In this document: piece by piece, positions 36,938 through 45,671 of the stretch
Layout: each line of letters starts with the position of its first letter
Position numbering within the stretch: position 1 is the first letter of the stretch
NCBI GenBank assembly: GCA_963841435.1
Contig: CAWJCS010000006.1
Location: 928,001 to 992,000 of the forward strand
Reading direction: 5' to 3'
DNA from: an uncultured delta proteobacterium
GTDB taxonomy: Bacteria; Myxococcota_A; Polyangia; Polyangiales; Polyangiaceae
Length of the DNA: 64,000 nucleotides
The notes under the pieces: model-generated
Seen by the model: the letters and a program-made list of their open reading frames with translations, nothing else
Databases searched by the model: none
Told to the model about the DNA's origin: nothing
Translations under genes and position numbers: made by a program

Positions 36938-37762
36938 ATGCTGTTCGACAGCCACTGCCACCTCGATCAGGGGAGCTTTCCGGAGGGTGCCGACACCCTG
37001 CTCGAGCGGGCACTGAGCGCTGGCGTCGGCGCCTTTGCCGCGATCGGGGTGGGTTCGCTCGCGGTCGCCCGGGAGGCGGTCGCGCTCGCCGAGCGCCGGC
37101 GCGACGTCGTGGCGACCGTCGGGGTGCATCCCCACGACGCGAGCACGCTCGACGCCGAGCTCGAGCGGGAGCTCGAAGCCCTGCTGATGAACGAGCGCGT
37201 CGTCGCCGTGGGCGAGGTGGGGCTCGACTATCACTACGATCACAGCCCGCGCGAGGTGCAGCGCGAGGCGTTTCGGCGGGCCATCGCGCTCGCGCGCAGG
37301 GTCGACAAGCCGCTCGTGATTCACACTCGCGAGGCCGCGAGCGACACCCTCGAGATCCTCGAGGGCGAAGGCGCGCGGGACGTGGGTGGGATCATCCATT
37401 GCTTCAGCGAGGATCGCGCGTTCGCCGAGCGTGCCCTGGGGCTCGGCTTTTACCTGTCGTTTTCCGGCATCGTCACGTTCAAGAACGCCCACAGCGTGCA
37501 AGAAGTCGCAAGCTACGCTCCCGAAGATCGCGTGCTGCTCGAGACCGACAGCCCGTACCTCGCACCCGTTCCCGTGCGCGGGAAGAAGTGCGAGCCAAGC
37601 TTCGTCGTTCACACCGCTAAGAGGGTCGCCGCGCTGCGCGGCGTGAGCCCGGAGCGGCTGGAGGAGCTCACGACGGCGAACGCGGCCCGCGTCTTCGGCC
37701 TGTCGGTCGTGCCGGAGCCGGGTGGGCTCGCGCTTGACATCACCCGGCCTGGCCGCTCATAG
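36938..37762 (+). CDS. tatD: TatD family nuclease/hydrolase
   Basis: FDSHCHL, GVHPH, GEVGLDY, IHTREA, IHCFS, ETDSPYLAP. Confidence 0.93.
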   Translation: MLFDSHCHLDQGSFPEGADTLLERALSAGVGAFAAIGVGSLAVAREAVALAERRRDVVATVGVHPHDASTLDAELERELEALLMNERVVAVGEVGLDYHYDHSPREVQREAFRRAIALARRVDKPLVIHTREAASDTLEILEGEGARDVGGIIHCFSEDRAFAERALGLGFYLSFSGIVTFKNAHSVQEVASYAPEDRVLLETDSPYLAPVPVRGKKCEPSFVVHTAKRVAALRGVSPERLEELTTANAARVFGLSVVPEPGGLALDITRPGRS

Positions 37763-37763
37763 T
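37734..37763 (+). promoter_or_regulatory. Putative sigma70-type promoter of tRNA-Met, inside the tatD 3' end
   Basis: TTGACA, 18-nt spacer, CATAGT, then a GC-rich discriminator CCCGGGCC. Confidence 0.55.
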
Positions 37764-37776
37764 CCCGGGCCGTTTT

Positions 37777-37853
37777 GGCGAGGTAGCTCAGCTGGTTAGA
37801 GCACGCGCTTCATAAGCGTGGTGTCGCCGGTTCAAGTCCGGCCCTCGCTACCA
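37777..37853 (+). tRNA. tRNA-Met (elongator, CAT) with encoded CCA
   Basis: GGCGAGG...CCTCGCT-A-CCA acceptor, anticodon arm CGCGC-TTCATAA-GCGTG, T loop GGTTCAAGTCC. Confidence 0.92.
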
Positions 37854-37859
37854 CCCGTT

Positions 37860-37890
37860 CGTGAGCCCGCCGCGAGACGACGGGCTCACG
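37860..37890 (+). terminator. Stem-loop downstream of tRNA-Met, possibly a bidirectional terminator
   Basis: Perfect 10-bp stem CGTGAGCCCG/CGGGCTCACG between the convergent tRNA and response regulator genes. Confidence 0.5.
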
Positions 37891-37921
37891 CGCTTCCTTT
37901 CGAGGGGCGCAGCCCCGGGTG

Positions 37922-38530
37922 TCAGTTGTTGCCGAAGAGGTCGTGGATCTTCGATTCCAGAGCCACGGCGATCTTGTAGAGGCTCGAGATCGAGGGGCTC
38001 GATTCCGCGCGTTCAATCTGGGAAAGCAGCGAGATACTGAGCCCCGTCCGGCGGCTCATCTGCTTGAGCGTGAGCTCGCGCTCCTTGCGCATCGAGCGAA
38101 TGGTGTCGCCGATGATCTTGTGGAGCTGCTCCTCGGGCGTGCGGGCGAGACCCTTCTTCTTCATGACACGGGCGAGCACCTCTCGGAACTCGTCCACGTT
38201 GAAGGGCTTCTTGATGTAGTCGACGGCGTCCAGCTTCATCGACGCGACGGCCGTGTCCAAGTTCGGGTGTGCAGTGAACATGATCACGGCGATGTCGGTG
38301 TCGATCGAGCGCACCCGCTTCAGCACCTCGATGCCGTCGAGCTTCGGCATCATCACGTCGAGGATCAGGACGTGGTAGTCGCCAGCCCGAATTTCGTCTT
38401 CGACCAGGGTGGGGTCGCTCAACGTCTTGACGATGAAGCCGTCTTTCTCGAGCAGCGTTTGCATGTAGTCGCAGATCGCCTTGTCATCATCGACGATGAG
38501 GATGCGCACGAAAGGGACTTCAATTGCCAA
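37922..38530 (-). CDS. Response regulator with C-terminal XRE-type HTH
   Basis: RILIVDDD, LDVMMPKLDG, DYIKKPF and HTH (LTLKQMSRRTGLSISLLSQIERAESSPSI). GAGGAG ribosome site precedes TTG 38530. Confidence 0.88.
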   Translation of the reverse strand: MAIEVPFVRILIVDDDKAICDYMQTLLEKDGFIVKTLSDPTLVEDEIRAGDYHVLILDVMMPKLDGIEVLKRVRSIDTDIAVIMFTAHPNLDTAVASMKLDAVDYIKKPFNVDEFREVLARVMKKKGLARTPEEQLHKIIGDTIRSMRKERELTLKQMSRRTGLSISLLSQIERAESSPSISSLYKIAVALESKIHDLFGNN

Positions 38531-38826
38531 GATCGTTTCTCCTCGGATGGTCCGGGTGGCTGGTTGCAGTGACACTATAATACGGTCCCGGTTACCACGT
38601 CACTAGATTTCTGGCTGCCCCGATCAGCCTGAATTCATGGGACTTTGTGCCCATTCGGGCTGCGACGCGGCGACGCGGCGGCGCGCCGGCGTCGCTTTTG
38701 CGTGGGCCCGATTTGGGCTCGCAGAACCGCACCGGCGCACACGACCGAACGCGCGCGGTGTCAGCACTTCGCGTCGTTCACGGCGCGCGGGTCGGACGAC
38801 TCGCTTTGCGACGCGAGCGCGAAACC

Positions 38827-40269
38827 TCAGCGCCGATTCTCGAGTGGATCGAACGTGCGAGCCGGCGGCTTCGACGGGGCCGGTGGCTTCGACGGAGCGG
38901 GCGGCTTCGATGGAGTCGGCGGCGCCGCCGCGGTTGGCGTGCCGCGCGCGGGCGACGAAGTGCTCTTCGGGCGCGGCTTGGTCGCCGTCGCCTTCGAGCC
39001 TGTCGATGATTGAGTGGCGCCGCTCGCGCTCGCTCGAGCGCTTGGTGCGAGGGCGACGGATGCCGTGACGTCGGGTCCGGGCGAGGTTGCGGCGGGCGGT
39101 GGCGTCGGAGCCGGAGCGGCGGATGCAGGGGCGAGCATCGCCGAGGCGGCCTCCGCCGAGGCGTCCGGTGAGGTCCCCGCAGGCCGGGTCAAAAGCCAGA
39201 CGGAGCTCGCGACGAGCAACACGGCCACGAGCGCCACGCCACCCCAGAGCATGGACCGTCCCCGCGAGCTGCCCGTCTGGCCCCAAGCGGACTGCGTGCT
39301 CGCTCCGGCCGGGACGCTGGTGGCTTGGGAGGTGCTCCTCTGGCTCGAAGAGATGCCGGCCGCGCTCAGCACCCGCGACGCCCGCTCCGCGCTGCGCGCC
39401 GCGCCGCGCCCGCCGAACGGCGAAAGCGCCGCCGCGAGATCGGCGACGTTGGCGAAGCGCTGCGTGCGGTCCTTCTCGAGGCATCCGAGGATCGCCTGCT
39501 GCAGCGGCTCCGGCAAATCGGGCCGGAAGTTGCGGGGCGCCGGCGGGGGCTGCTGCAGGATCATCGTGCAGAGCTGCGGCATCGTGTCGCCCGTGAAGGG
39601 CACGCGGCCGGTGACGAGCTCGTAGAGGATCGTGCCGATCGCCCAGATGTCCGTGCGGCCGTCGACGTCGCGAGTGCTCGCGAGCTGCTCGGGGGACATG
39701 TAGAGCGGCGACCCCATGACGGCCTGGGTCTTCGTCATGGCGAAATCCGGGCCCGAGGTCGAAGGGGAGGTGACTTTCGAGATGCCGAAGTCGAGGACCT
39801 TGATGCAGTGCGAGCCGTCGGCGCGACGGGTCAGGAACAGGTTCGCCGGCTTGAGGTCGCGGTGCACGATGCCGAGCGCGTGGGCCTCGGCGATTGCTTC
39901 GCAGGCCTGTAGTACGAAGTCCACGGCGTCGTTGACGGGAAGCGCGCCACGCTCGCGCAGCAGCGTAGCGAGATCCTGACCGTCGAGGAACTCCATCACC
40001 ATGTACGGCGCGCCCGTCTCGAGGGTGCCGACGTCGCTCACGCGTGCGACGTGCTCGCTCTTGATCTTGACGGCGGCGCGCGCTTCGCGAGCGAAGCGCG
40101 CCACGGCTTCCGGGCTCGAGAGCGCGTCCGGCAGCAGGAACTTGATGGCCACGCGCTCTTCGAGCGAGAGGTGAAGCGCCGCCACGACCACACCCATGCC
40201 GCCAACGCCGAGCACGCGCTCGATGCAGTACTTGCCTGCGAGGATTTGGCCTTCGTGGACGGGAGACAT
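38827..40269 (-). CDS. Transmembrane Ser/Thr protein kinase
   Basis: LGVGGMGVV, VAIK, HRDLKPAN, DFG, GSPLYMSPEQ, one TM helix and a Pro-rich tail with PP(T/A)PSK repeats. Confidence 0.95.
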   Translation of the reverse strand: MSPVHEGQILAGKYCIERVLGVGGMGVVVAALHLSLEERVAIKFLLPDALSSPEAVARFAREARAAVKIKSEHVARVSDVGTLETGAPYMVMEFLDGQDLATLLRERGALPVNDAVDFVLQACEAIAEAHALGIVHRDLKPANLFLTRRADGSHCIKVLDFGISKVTSPSTSGPDFAMTKTQAVMGSPLYMSPEQLASTRDVDGRTDIWAIGTILYELVTGRVPFTGDTMPQLCTMILQQPPPAPRNFRPDLPEPLQQAILGCLEKDRTQRFANVADLAAALSPFGGRGAARSAERASRVLSAAGISSSQRSTSQATSVPAGASTQSAWGQTGSSRGRSMLWGGVALVAVLLVASSVWLLTRPAGTSPDASAEAASAMLAPASAAPAPTPPPAATSPGPDVTASVALAPSARASASGATQSSTGSKATATKPRPKSTSSPARGTPTAAAPPTPSKPPAPSKPPAPSKPPARTFDPLENRR

Positions 40270-40370
40270 CCGAGCCTCGGCGCACCCGCGCCAGAGCGCC
40301 GTAGGGTAGGCCGAAGGCCCGTGACCTTCAACGAAGGGGCTAGAACCGTAGCCGATCCGCGGTGGTGGTC

Positions 40371-40413
40371 AGGGGCGAGCGGGAGCGAAGGCTTGGCCGA
40401 TCAGCTCGCCCCT
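40371..40413 (-). terminator. Stem-loop right after the PEP-utiliser stop codon
   Basis: 10-bp inverted repeat AGGGGCGAGC/GCTCGCCCCT with a long loop and no U-tract. Confidence 0.3.
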
Positions 40414-42544
40414 AAAGCCATTTCACGGTTCCGAGCGTCCCATCCACGGTGACGACCTGGCCGTCGTGCAGGCGGTGGGTCGCGTCCACGGTCGCGACCA
40501 CCGCCGGGATGCCGCATTCGCGCGCGACGAGCGAGGCGTGCGCGGCGACCGAGCCGCCGTCGGTCACGACCGCCACCGCCCGAGCGAAGAGTGGCGTCCA
40601 GGCCGGCGCGGTCGTTGGTGCCACCAGGACCTCGCCTTGCTCGAGTCGATTGAAGTCGGCGGACAATCGCACCACCCGAACCTTGCCGGTGGCGCGTCCA
40701 GCGCTCGCGGGCATCCCGATGAGCGTCGTCTCGTCCGCCTCAACGTCGCCGCCACGCAGGGCGATTGGCAGCGCGTCGAACGTCTTTTGCAGGGGTCCCG
40801 GCATCTTGCCGAGCACCAGGGGCGGGGCGAGCTTGCGTTGTCGGTTCCACGTCGCGCGCCGCTCGGCGACCTCGCGTTGGAAGCGACGCGTGCCTGAGAG
40901 CGCGGCGTCGAGCTCCTCGCGGCGCAGCCAGAAGACGTCGTCCGCGGCCGCGATCGCGCTCGTCGCCGTCGCCCTTTCGCCGAGCTGCCGCAGCGTTTCG
41001 CGGACCTTCGGCCAGGCTAGCGTGAGGTCACGGGCCTGCGCCTCGCGCAGCCGCGCGTACCTTTGCGCCGTCGCCAGCAGCGCCTGGAATTTCGAGCGGA
41101 GCTTCGGTGTCAGTAGCGCCAGGCAGGCCTGCTCGAGCACGTCGCGCCGCGCGGCGGCGTCGCCTTGCACCGCGACCGTGACGCCCGCGAGACCCAGCTC
41201 CCCGGCCGTCGGATGCATCCAGTCGATGCAGCAGGAATGGTGCGTCGCGCAAGGCTCGATGGGCGAAAGCGCCGCCAAGAGCTCGTGAGGAGCGCCCTCG
41301 ACGTCCACGCAATGACGGCGGAAGAACTGCGCGAGCGCGGATTCGACCTTCCACGCGAAGCCACCGACGTTCGTGATGCTGAGCATCAGGTCTCCGTGTA
41401 GGTCGCACACGCGGTCGATGTAGGCGATCTGTGCTGCGGCTTCGTCCGGGACCGCCTCCTCGGCGAGCGCCAGGTAGCGCGGCAACAGCTCCTCCTCGTA
41501 GAATCGGCGCTCGGGCTCCGCCAGCAGGCGCTCGACGGTGCTGGGGTCGTCCTTCGCGTTCAGCAGCGCGCGCATCAGCGTGAAGCGCCTCAGCAGCATA
41601 CCCGGCACGATGGCGGCTGGGCTCTGCGTGCCGCTTCCGGAGTGGAAATACCAGCCGTTGACGAGCGCGTGGATGGGCCCCTTGATCCGGGCGCCCAGCG
41701 TGCGCGCGCTGCCCCGGACGAACGAGACCTCCGTGCGTGGAAAGAACCAGCTGGCAAACAGTGGGGAGACCGGGTCGCTCAGCCACTCCCCCCAGCGAAA
41801 GTTGCGTGACCAAACGCCTTTTGCGTGAGGCGGGAGCCATTCGACGTGCTCTGGCAGCGCCGTGATCGGCCGCGCCTGCACGAGCGCGATGCGACCGTCC
41901 TCGATCACCCACTCGATGTCTTGCGGCGCGCCGAAGTGGGCAGCGACCCGCTCCCCGATGGCAACCAGCTCCGAGACCTGCGCTTCGGACAGCACCGGCT
42001 CGGCGAGCGCGCGGCGTCGCACCGGGCGAGCTCCCTGCACCCGCCACTCCTCACCGTCTCGCTCCCCGGACACCAGCGCTTCGCCCAGGCCCCGCACGGC
42101 CGTGATCACGCGCGCGTCCCGGTCGCCGGTGACCGGATCGGCAGTGAACAACACCCCGGCGCAGTCGGCGCGCACCAGCCGCTGCACCACCACGGCCATG
42201 GGCGCGGGCTTGCTGTCGTCGCGGTAAGCCAGCGCTCGAGGCGAGCGCGCTGACTCGCGGACGGTTTCGATTGCCTGCTCGACTGCCGAAAGGCCCCGAA
42301 CGTCCAGCACCGAAGCGTAGATCCCGGCAAACGAGGACTGCACGCCATCCTCGTCGACCGCCGACGACCGCACCGCCAGCGCCACGTCCCCCAGCGCCTC
42401 CAGGTGCACCTGCATGCCCTCGAGTTTTGCATTCGGCGCGATCGCAAACCCGTCGGGAACCTCGAACCCGCCGGCGAGCAGCGCCGCCAGGTGTCGAGCC
42501 TTGCCACCGAACCCATCGCGAGCATCAGCGAGCTTGACGATCAT
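40412..42544 (-). CDS. PEP-utilising enzyme with rifamycin-phosphotransferase-like architecture (710 aa), substrate unknown
   Basis: ATP-grasp PPDK_N motifs (GGKA, AVRSSAVDEDG..SFAG, GVLFTADP, QDIEW, VQARPIT), a central helical domain and a C-terminal swivel His domain (TDGGSVAAHASLVARECGIPAVV). Confidence 0.85.
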   Translation of the reverse strand: MIVKLADARDGFGGKARHLAALLAGGFEVPDGFAIAPNAKLEGMQVHLEALGDVALAVRSSAVDEDGVQSSFAGIYASVLDVRGLSAVEQAIETVRESARSPRALAYRDDSKPAPMAVVVQRLVRADCAGVLFTADPVTGDRDARVITAVRGLGEALVSGERDGEEWRVQGARPVRRRALAEPVLSEAQVSELVAIGERVAAHFGAPQDIEWVIEDGRIALVQARPITALPEHVEWLPPHAKGVWSRNFRWGEWLSDPVSPLFASWFFPRTEVSFVRGSARTLGARIKGPIHALVNGWYFHSGSGTQSPAAIVPGMLLRRFTLMRALLNAKDDPSTVERLLAEPERRFYEEELLPRYLALAEEAVPDEAAAQIAYIDRVCDLHGDLMLSITNVGGFAWKVESALAQFFRRHCVDVEGAPHELLAALSPIEPCATHHSCCIDWMHPTAGELGLAGVTVAVQGDAAARRDVLEQACLALLTPKLRSKFQALLATAQRYARLREAQARDLTLAWPKVRETLRQLGERATATSAIAAADDVFWLRREELDAALSGTRRFQREVAERRATWNRQRKLAPPLVLGKMPGPLQKTFDALPIALRGGDVEADETTLIGMPASAGRATGKVRVVRLSADFNRLEQGEVLVAPTTAPAWTPLFARAVAVVTDGGSVAAHASLVARECGIPAVVATVDATHRLHDGQVVTVDGTLGTVKWL

Positions 42545-43137
42545 TTCCACGGTGCACCTCCTCGACGAAGCGTTTCGATGAGAACGCGGAGCGCCCAGGC
42601 TGGACCCGGCACGACCTGTTTGGGGGTCATGCGCAAAAGGACCTTGCCGCGCCGGAACACTTCCGGCGAGAGCAACGCTCCGAACACCAGCACCAGCTGA
42701 CGCACCTGCGTCGGCGTGGCCTCGGGGACCAGCTCCCGCAGCGCAGACTCGAGCCGCGCGTAGCGGTTGCGGCGCGACTTCGTGATCACCGGCGAGTCCT
42801 TCTGCTCGCGCAGCACGTACTCGAGCGCCGGCGTCCCTTCGATGCGCTCGGGCCAACGCTCGTACGACGAAAGGAGCGCGCCGATCGAAACCGCTTCGCC
42901 CCGGTCCCGCCCGAAGCGTTGCTCTTGGTACTTCGCGAAGGCGTCGTGGAGGGCCGCGACCGTGGGGAAATGCCGGTATACCGTCCGCTCCGCCACGCCC
43001 GCCGAGCGTGCCACCGCCGCGTGCGTGACCTGGCCCACGTCCAAGAACGTGACCCTGGCGGCGCCTTCCAAGATCCGCTGCCGCGTGTCGCGCGTCTGCT
43101 CTGAGCGCAGCTGGCTTCGGTACTTGCGAGTGGCCAT
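42541..43137 (-). CDS. TetR/AcrR family transcriptional regulator
   Basis: TRQRILEGA...THAAVARSAGVAERTVYRHFPT HTH. ATGA overlap with the downstream gene. Confidence 0.9.
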   Translation of the reverse strand: MATRKYRSQLRSEQTRDTRQRILEGAARVTFLDVGQVTHAAVARSAGVAERTVYRHFPTVAALHDAFAKYQEQRFGRDRGEAVSIGALLSSYERWPERIEGTPALEYVLREQKDSPVITKSRRNRYARLESALRELVPEATPTQVRQLVLVFGALLSPEVFRRGKVLLRMTPKQVVPGPAWALRVLIETLRRGGAPWK

Positions 43138-43144
43138 TTGGTGT

Positions 43145-43183
43145 CAGTAGTGAGATGACATCATTTCATCTCGCGACTGTCAA
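43145..43183 (-). promoter_or_regulatory. Promoter of tetR overlapped by a palindromic operator
   Basis: Minus strand TTGACA, 17-nt spacer, TGTCAT. Inverted repeat CAGT-n3-GAGATGA-n7-TCATCTC-n3-ACTG at 43145..43179. Confidence 0.65.
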
Positions 43184-43539
43184 GCGCCCGAACGCCAGGC
43201 GGGCTCCACCGTCGGGGTTTCATCCTTCCCGGGGCTGTCGAAGCGCAGCGGACCTGAGCGGATCGTCCTCACCTCGGCGCGGAGGGGTGACGGGTGAACG
43301 AGCCCGCGGCGCGGTCCCGCCGCAGGCGAGCCCCAGCGAGCCGCCGCCTCGGGCCGAAGCCGAAGCCGCTAAGTCGCTCGTCTTTTGCTCCGCGAAAACC
43401 GGCGACCGATAGGTGTCAGGTTTCGCGACGGTGGACCGCGGTTCGCTGGGCGCGGCCGGCGGCGTCGTCAACCAAGGGGCCGCCGCGCAAGCACGCGTTT
43501 CGCCGGGCGTTGCGATAGGGCGACGCCCGGTCAACGACC

Positions 43540-43563
43540 CCAGTCGCCTAAGTCTGCGACTGG
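43540..43563 (-). terminator. Stem-loop downstream of tRNA-Pro
   Basis: 8-bp stem CCAGTCGC/GCGACTGG, with a second GC-rich hairpin at about 43503-43530. Confidence 0.35.
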
Positions 43564-43586
43564 AGTCTCCTTTTCTCCTACTCTAG

Positions 43587-43660
43587 TCGGGGCGGGCAGA
43601 TTCGAACTGCCGACCTCACGGACCCGAACCGTGCGCGCTACCAAACTGCGCTACGCCCCG
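43587..43660 (-). tRNA. tRNA-Pro (CGG); CCA not encoded
   Basis: Reverse complement CGGGGCGTAGCGCAGTTTGGTAGCGCG-CACGG-TTCGGGT-CCGTG-AGGTCGGCAGTTCGAATCTGCCCGCCCCGA. Confidence 0.95.
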
Positions 43661-43688
43661 AGCAGGCGGCCCCGTTCAGGGCGCGGGG

Positions 43689-43717
43689 AGGATGATGGCC
43701 TTCCCGAGGTCTGTCAA
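43689..43717 (-). promoter_or_regulatory. Putative sigma70-type promoter of tRNA-Pro
   Basis: TTGACA (overlapping the etfA stop), 17-nt spacer, CATCCT, then a GC-rich discriminator. Confidence 0.55.
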
Positions 43718-44697
43718 GCGCCCGCAGGGGCGCGCTTTTTCAACTCGGAGACCAGGGCGGGCACGGCCTGGAACAGGTCGGCGACGAGCCCGTAGTCGGC
43801 GATCTGGAAGATCGGCGCCTCGCCGTCCTTGTTGATCGCGACGATCACCTTCGAGCTTTTCATGCCGGCGATGTGCTGGATCGCGCCCGAGATCCCGATG
43901 GCGACGTAGAGCTCGGGGGCGACGATCTTGCCGGTCTGCCCGACCTGGTAGTCGCCGGGTGCGTAGCCGGCGTCGACGGCGGCCCGGCTCGCGCCGATCG
44001 CCGCGCCGAGCGCGTTGGCGAGTGGCTCGAGCACCTCGAAGAACCGGTCCTTCAGGGCGCGCCCGCCCGAGACGACGACGCGCGCCTCCGTGAGCTCCGG
44101 TCGCTCGCTCTTCACCGCCTCGAGGGACACGACGCTGACGCGTGAGGCTGCCGCCCCTGGCGCCACCTTGGCGACTGTTTCGACCGGCGAAGCTCCGCCC
44201 GTCGGCGCGGCGGCCTCGAACTCGCTTTGGCGCGCCGTGGCGACCTGCACGGGCGTCGTGAGCTCCGTCGTGCCGAAAGCGTTGCCGGCGTACATCGGCC
44301 GCTTGTACGAAAGCTTGCCGCCATCGATGACGACCGCGGAGCAATCGCCCGCGTAGGCCGCGTCGAGGCGCGCCGCGACGCGAGGCATCAGGTCCTTGCC
44401 CTGGCTCGTGGCCGTGGCGACGAGCACGGAAAAGCCCTTGCCGACCTCGGCGACGGTCGGCGAAAAATGCTCGGCCGTGTACTTTTCGAGGCTCGCGTCC
44501 TCGCACACGACGACCTTCTGCGCGCCGAATGCGACGAGCGATGCCGCGGCCTTCTGGGCCGCGGAGCCCAAAACGAGGATCGAGAAGCCCCCGCCCACCG
44601 CCGGGGCGGCGAGGCGCGCGAAGCTGATGGCGGAGAGGGTCGCCTTCTTGACCTCTCCCGTTTCATTGATCTCGGCGACAACGAGCACGTTCGACAT
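43714..44697 (-). CDS. etfA: Electron transfer flavoprotein subunit alpha
   Basis: [41 protein letters not shown]. Confidence 0.96.
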   Translation of the reverse strand: MSNVLVVAEINETGEVKKATLSAISFARLAAPAVGGGFSILVLGSAAQKAAASLVAFGAQKVVVCEDASLEKYTAEHFSPTVAEVGKGFSVLVATATSQGKDLMPRVAARLDAAYAGDCSAVVIDGGKLSYKRPMYAGNAFGTTELTTPVQVATARQSEFEAAAPTGGASPVETVAKVAPGAAASRVSVVSLEAVKSERPELTEARVVVSGGRALKDRFFEVLEPLANALGAAIGASRAAVDAGYAPGDYQVGQTGKIVAPELYVAIGISGAIQHIAGMKSSKVIVAINKDGEAPIFQIADYGLVADLFQAVPALVSELKKRAPAGA

Positions 44698-44719
44698 GAT
44701 CTTCTCCGGGGGTGAAGCT

Positions 44720-45547
44720 TCAGATCACCTTGGCGACGTTCGCGAGCTTATCGACGAGCTCGGCCGCGTCCTTCACGCGCACGCCGGCCGATCGGGCGGC
44801 CGGACGCTCGAAGCTCGACACCTTGGTGGTGAGCGTCGCGCCCGGCGCGACGTCGGCGAGCGCCTTCACGTCGAGGGGCTTCTTCTTGGCGGCCATGATC
44901 GCAGGTAGCGGGGCGAAGCGCACGCCCTCGGCGTACTTGTGCGCGGCGTCGGTGTGGGTCGAGTAGACGCTCGTCGGGGCGACGATGCGAAGGTCCACCG
45001 TGACCACGGCGGGCAATCCCACGCGCACGGTGAGCACGCCGCCGTCCACCTCGCGTCCGACGAGCAGCGCCTGCGCTTCTTCGCGGATCGTGGCGGCGAA
45101 GGTGGCCATGGGCCAGTCGAGCAGCTCGGCGAGCCGTTGCCCGACCTGGTTGCTGTCGCCGTCCACCGCCTGCTTGCCGAGCAGCACGACGTCCGGCTTC
45201 TCGGCGAGCACGAGCGTCTTGAGAGCGTGGGCCACGAGCCGCCCGTCGAGCGCGTCGTCCGTGGTCTCGACGCGGATGGCACGGTCGGCCCCCGTGGCGA
45301 GCGCGGCACGCAGCATCGGCTCGCTCTCCTTGGGGCCGAGCGTCACGACGACGACCTCGCCGATGCGCTGCTTGGGAGCTTTGCCGTTCTCCGTGAGTCT
45401 GAGGGCGGCCTCGAGCGCGTATTCGTCGAAGGGGTTCACTTTCCATTCGAGCCCCGTCGTGTCGACGGCGCCGCCCCCGGGGGCGATTTTGATCTTGTTC
45501 GCGTTGTCGGGGTCGGCGACGCGCTTGAGTGCCACGAGGATCTTCAC
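44720..45547 (-). CDS. etfB: Electron transfer flavoprotein subunit beta
   Basis: KILVALKRVADPD, NPFDEYALEAALRL, GKQAVDGDSNQVG, IMAAKKKP. Confidence 0.96.
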   Translation of the reverse strand: MKILVALKRVADPDNANKIKIAPGGGAVDTTGLEWKVNPFDEYALEAALRLTENGKAPKQRIGEVVVVTLGPKESEPMLRAALATGADRAIRVETTDDALDGRLVAHALKTLVLAEKPDVVLLGKQAVDGDSNQVGQRLAELLDWPMATFAATIREEAQALLVGREVDGGVLTVRVGLPAVVTVDLRIVAPTSVYSTHTDAAHKYAEGVRFAPLPAIMAAKKKPLDVKALADVAPGATLTTKVSSFERPAARSAGVRVKDAAELVDKLANVAKVI

Positions 45548-45671
45548 GGGATCTGCTGCTCCTTCTTCCGCCCATCACACCAGGCGGCCGCGACAGGGGC
45601 AACCGGGGCCGCCCGGCCCCAAGGCCGGCGCGCGACCGTCGGGGCCCGGTGGTGCTAGAACGCGAGCGCGC

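Noticed and set aside
38860..38925. CRISPR-like or mobile repeat
   Set aside because: These 18-bp tandem units only encode PP(T/A)PSK in the kinase tail and have no spacers. No CRISPR array or cas gene was seen in the window.
40412..42544. Naming the gene rph or ppsA
   Set aside because: The domain order differs from PEP synthase, and the short divergent central domain does not let me assign rifamycin specificity.
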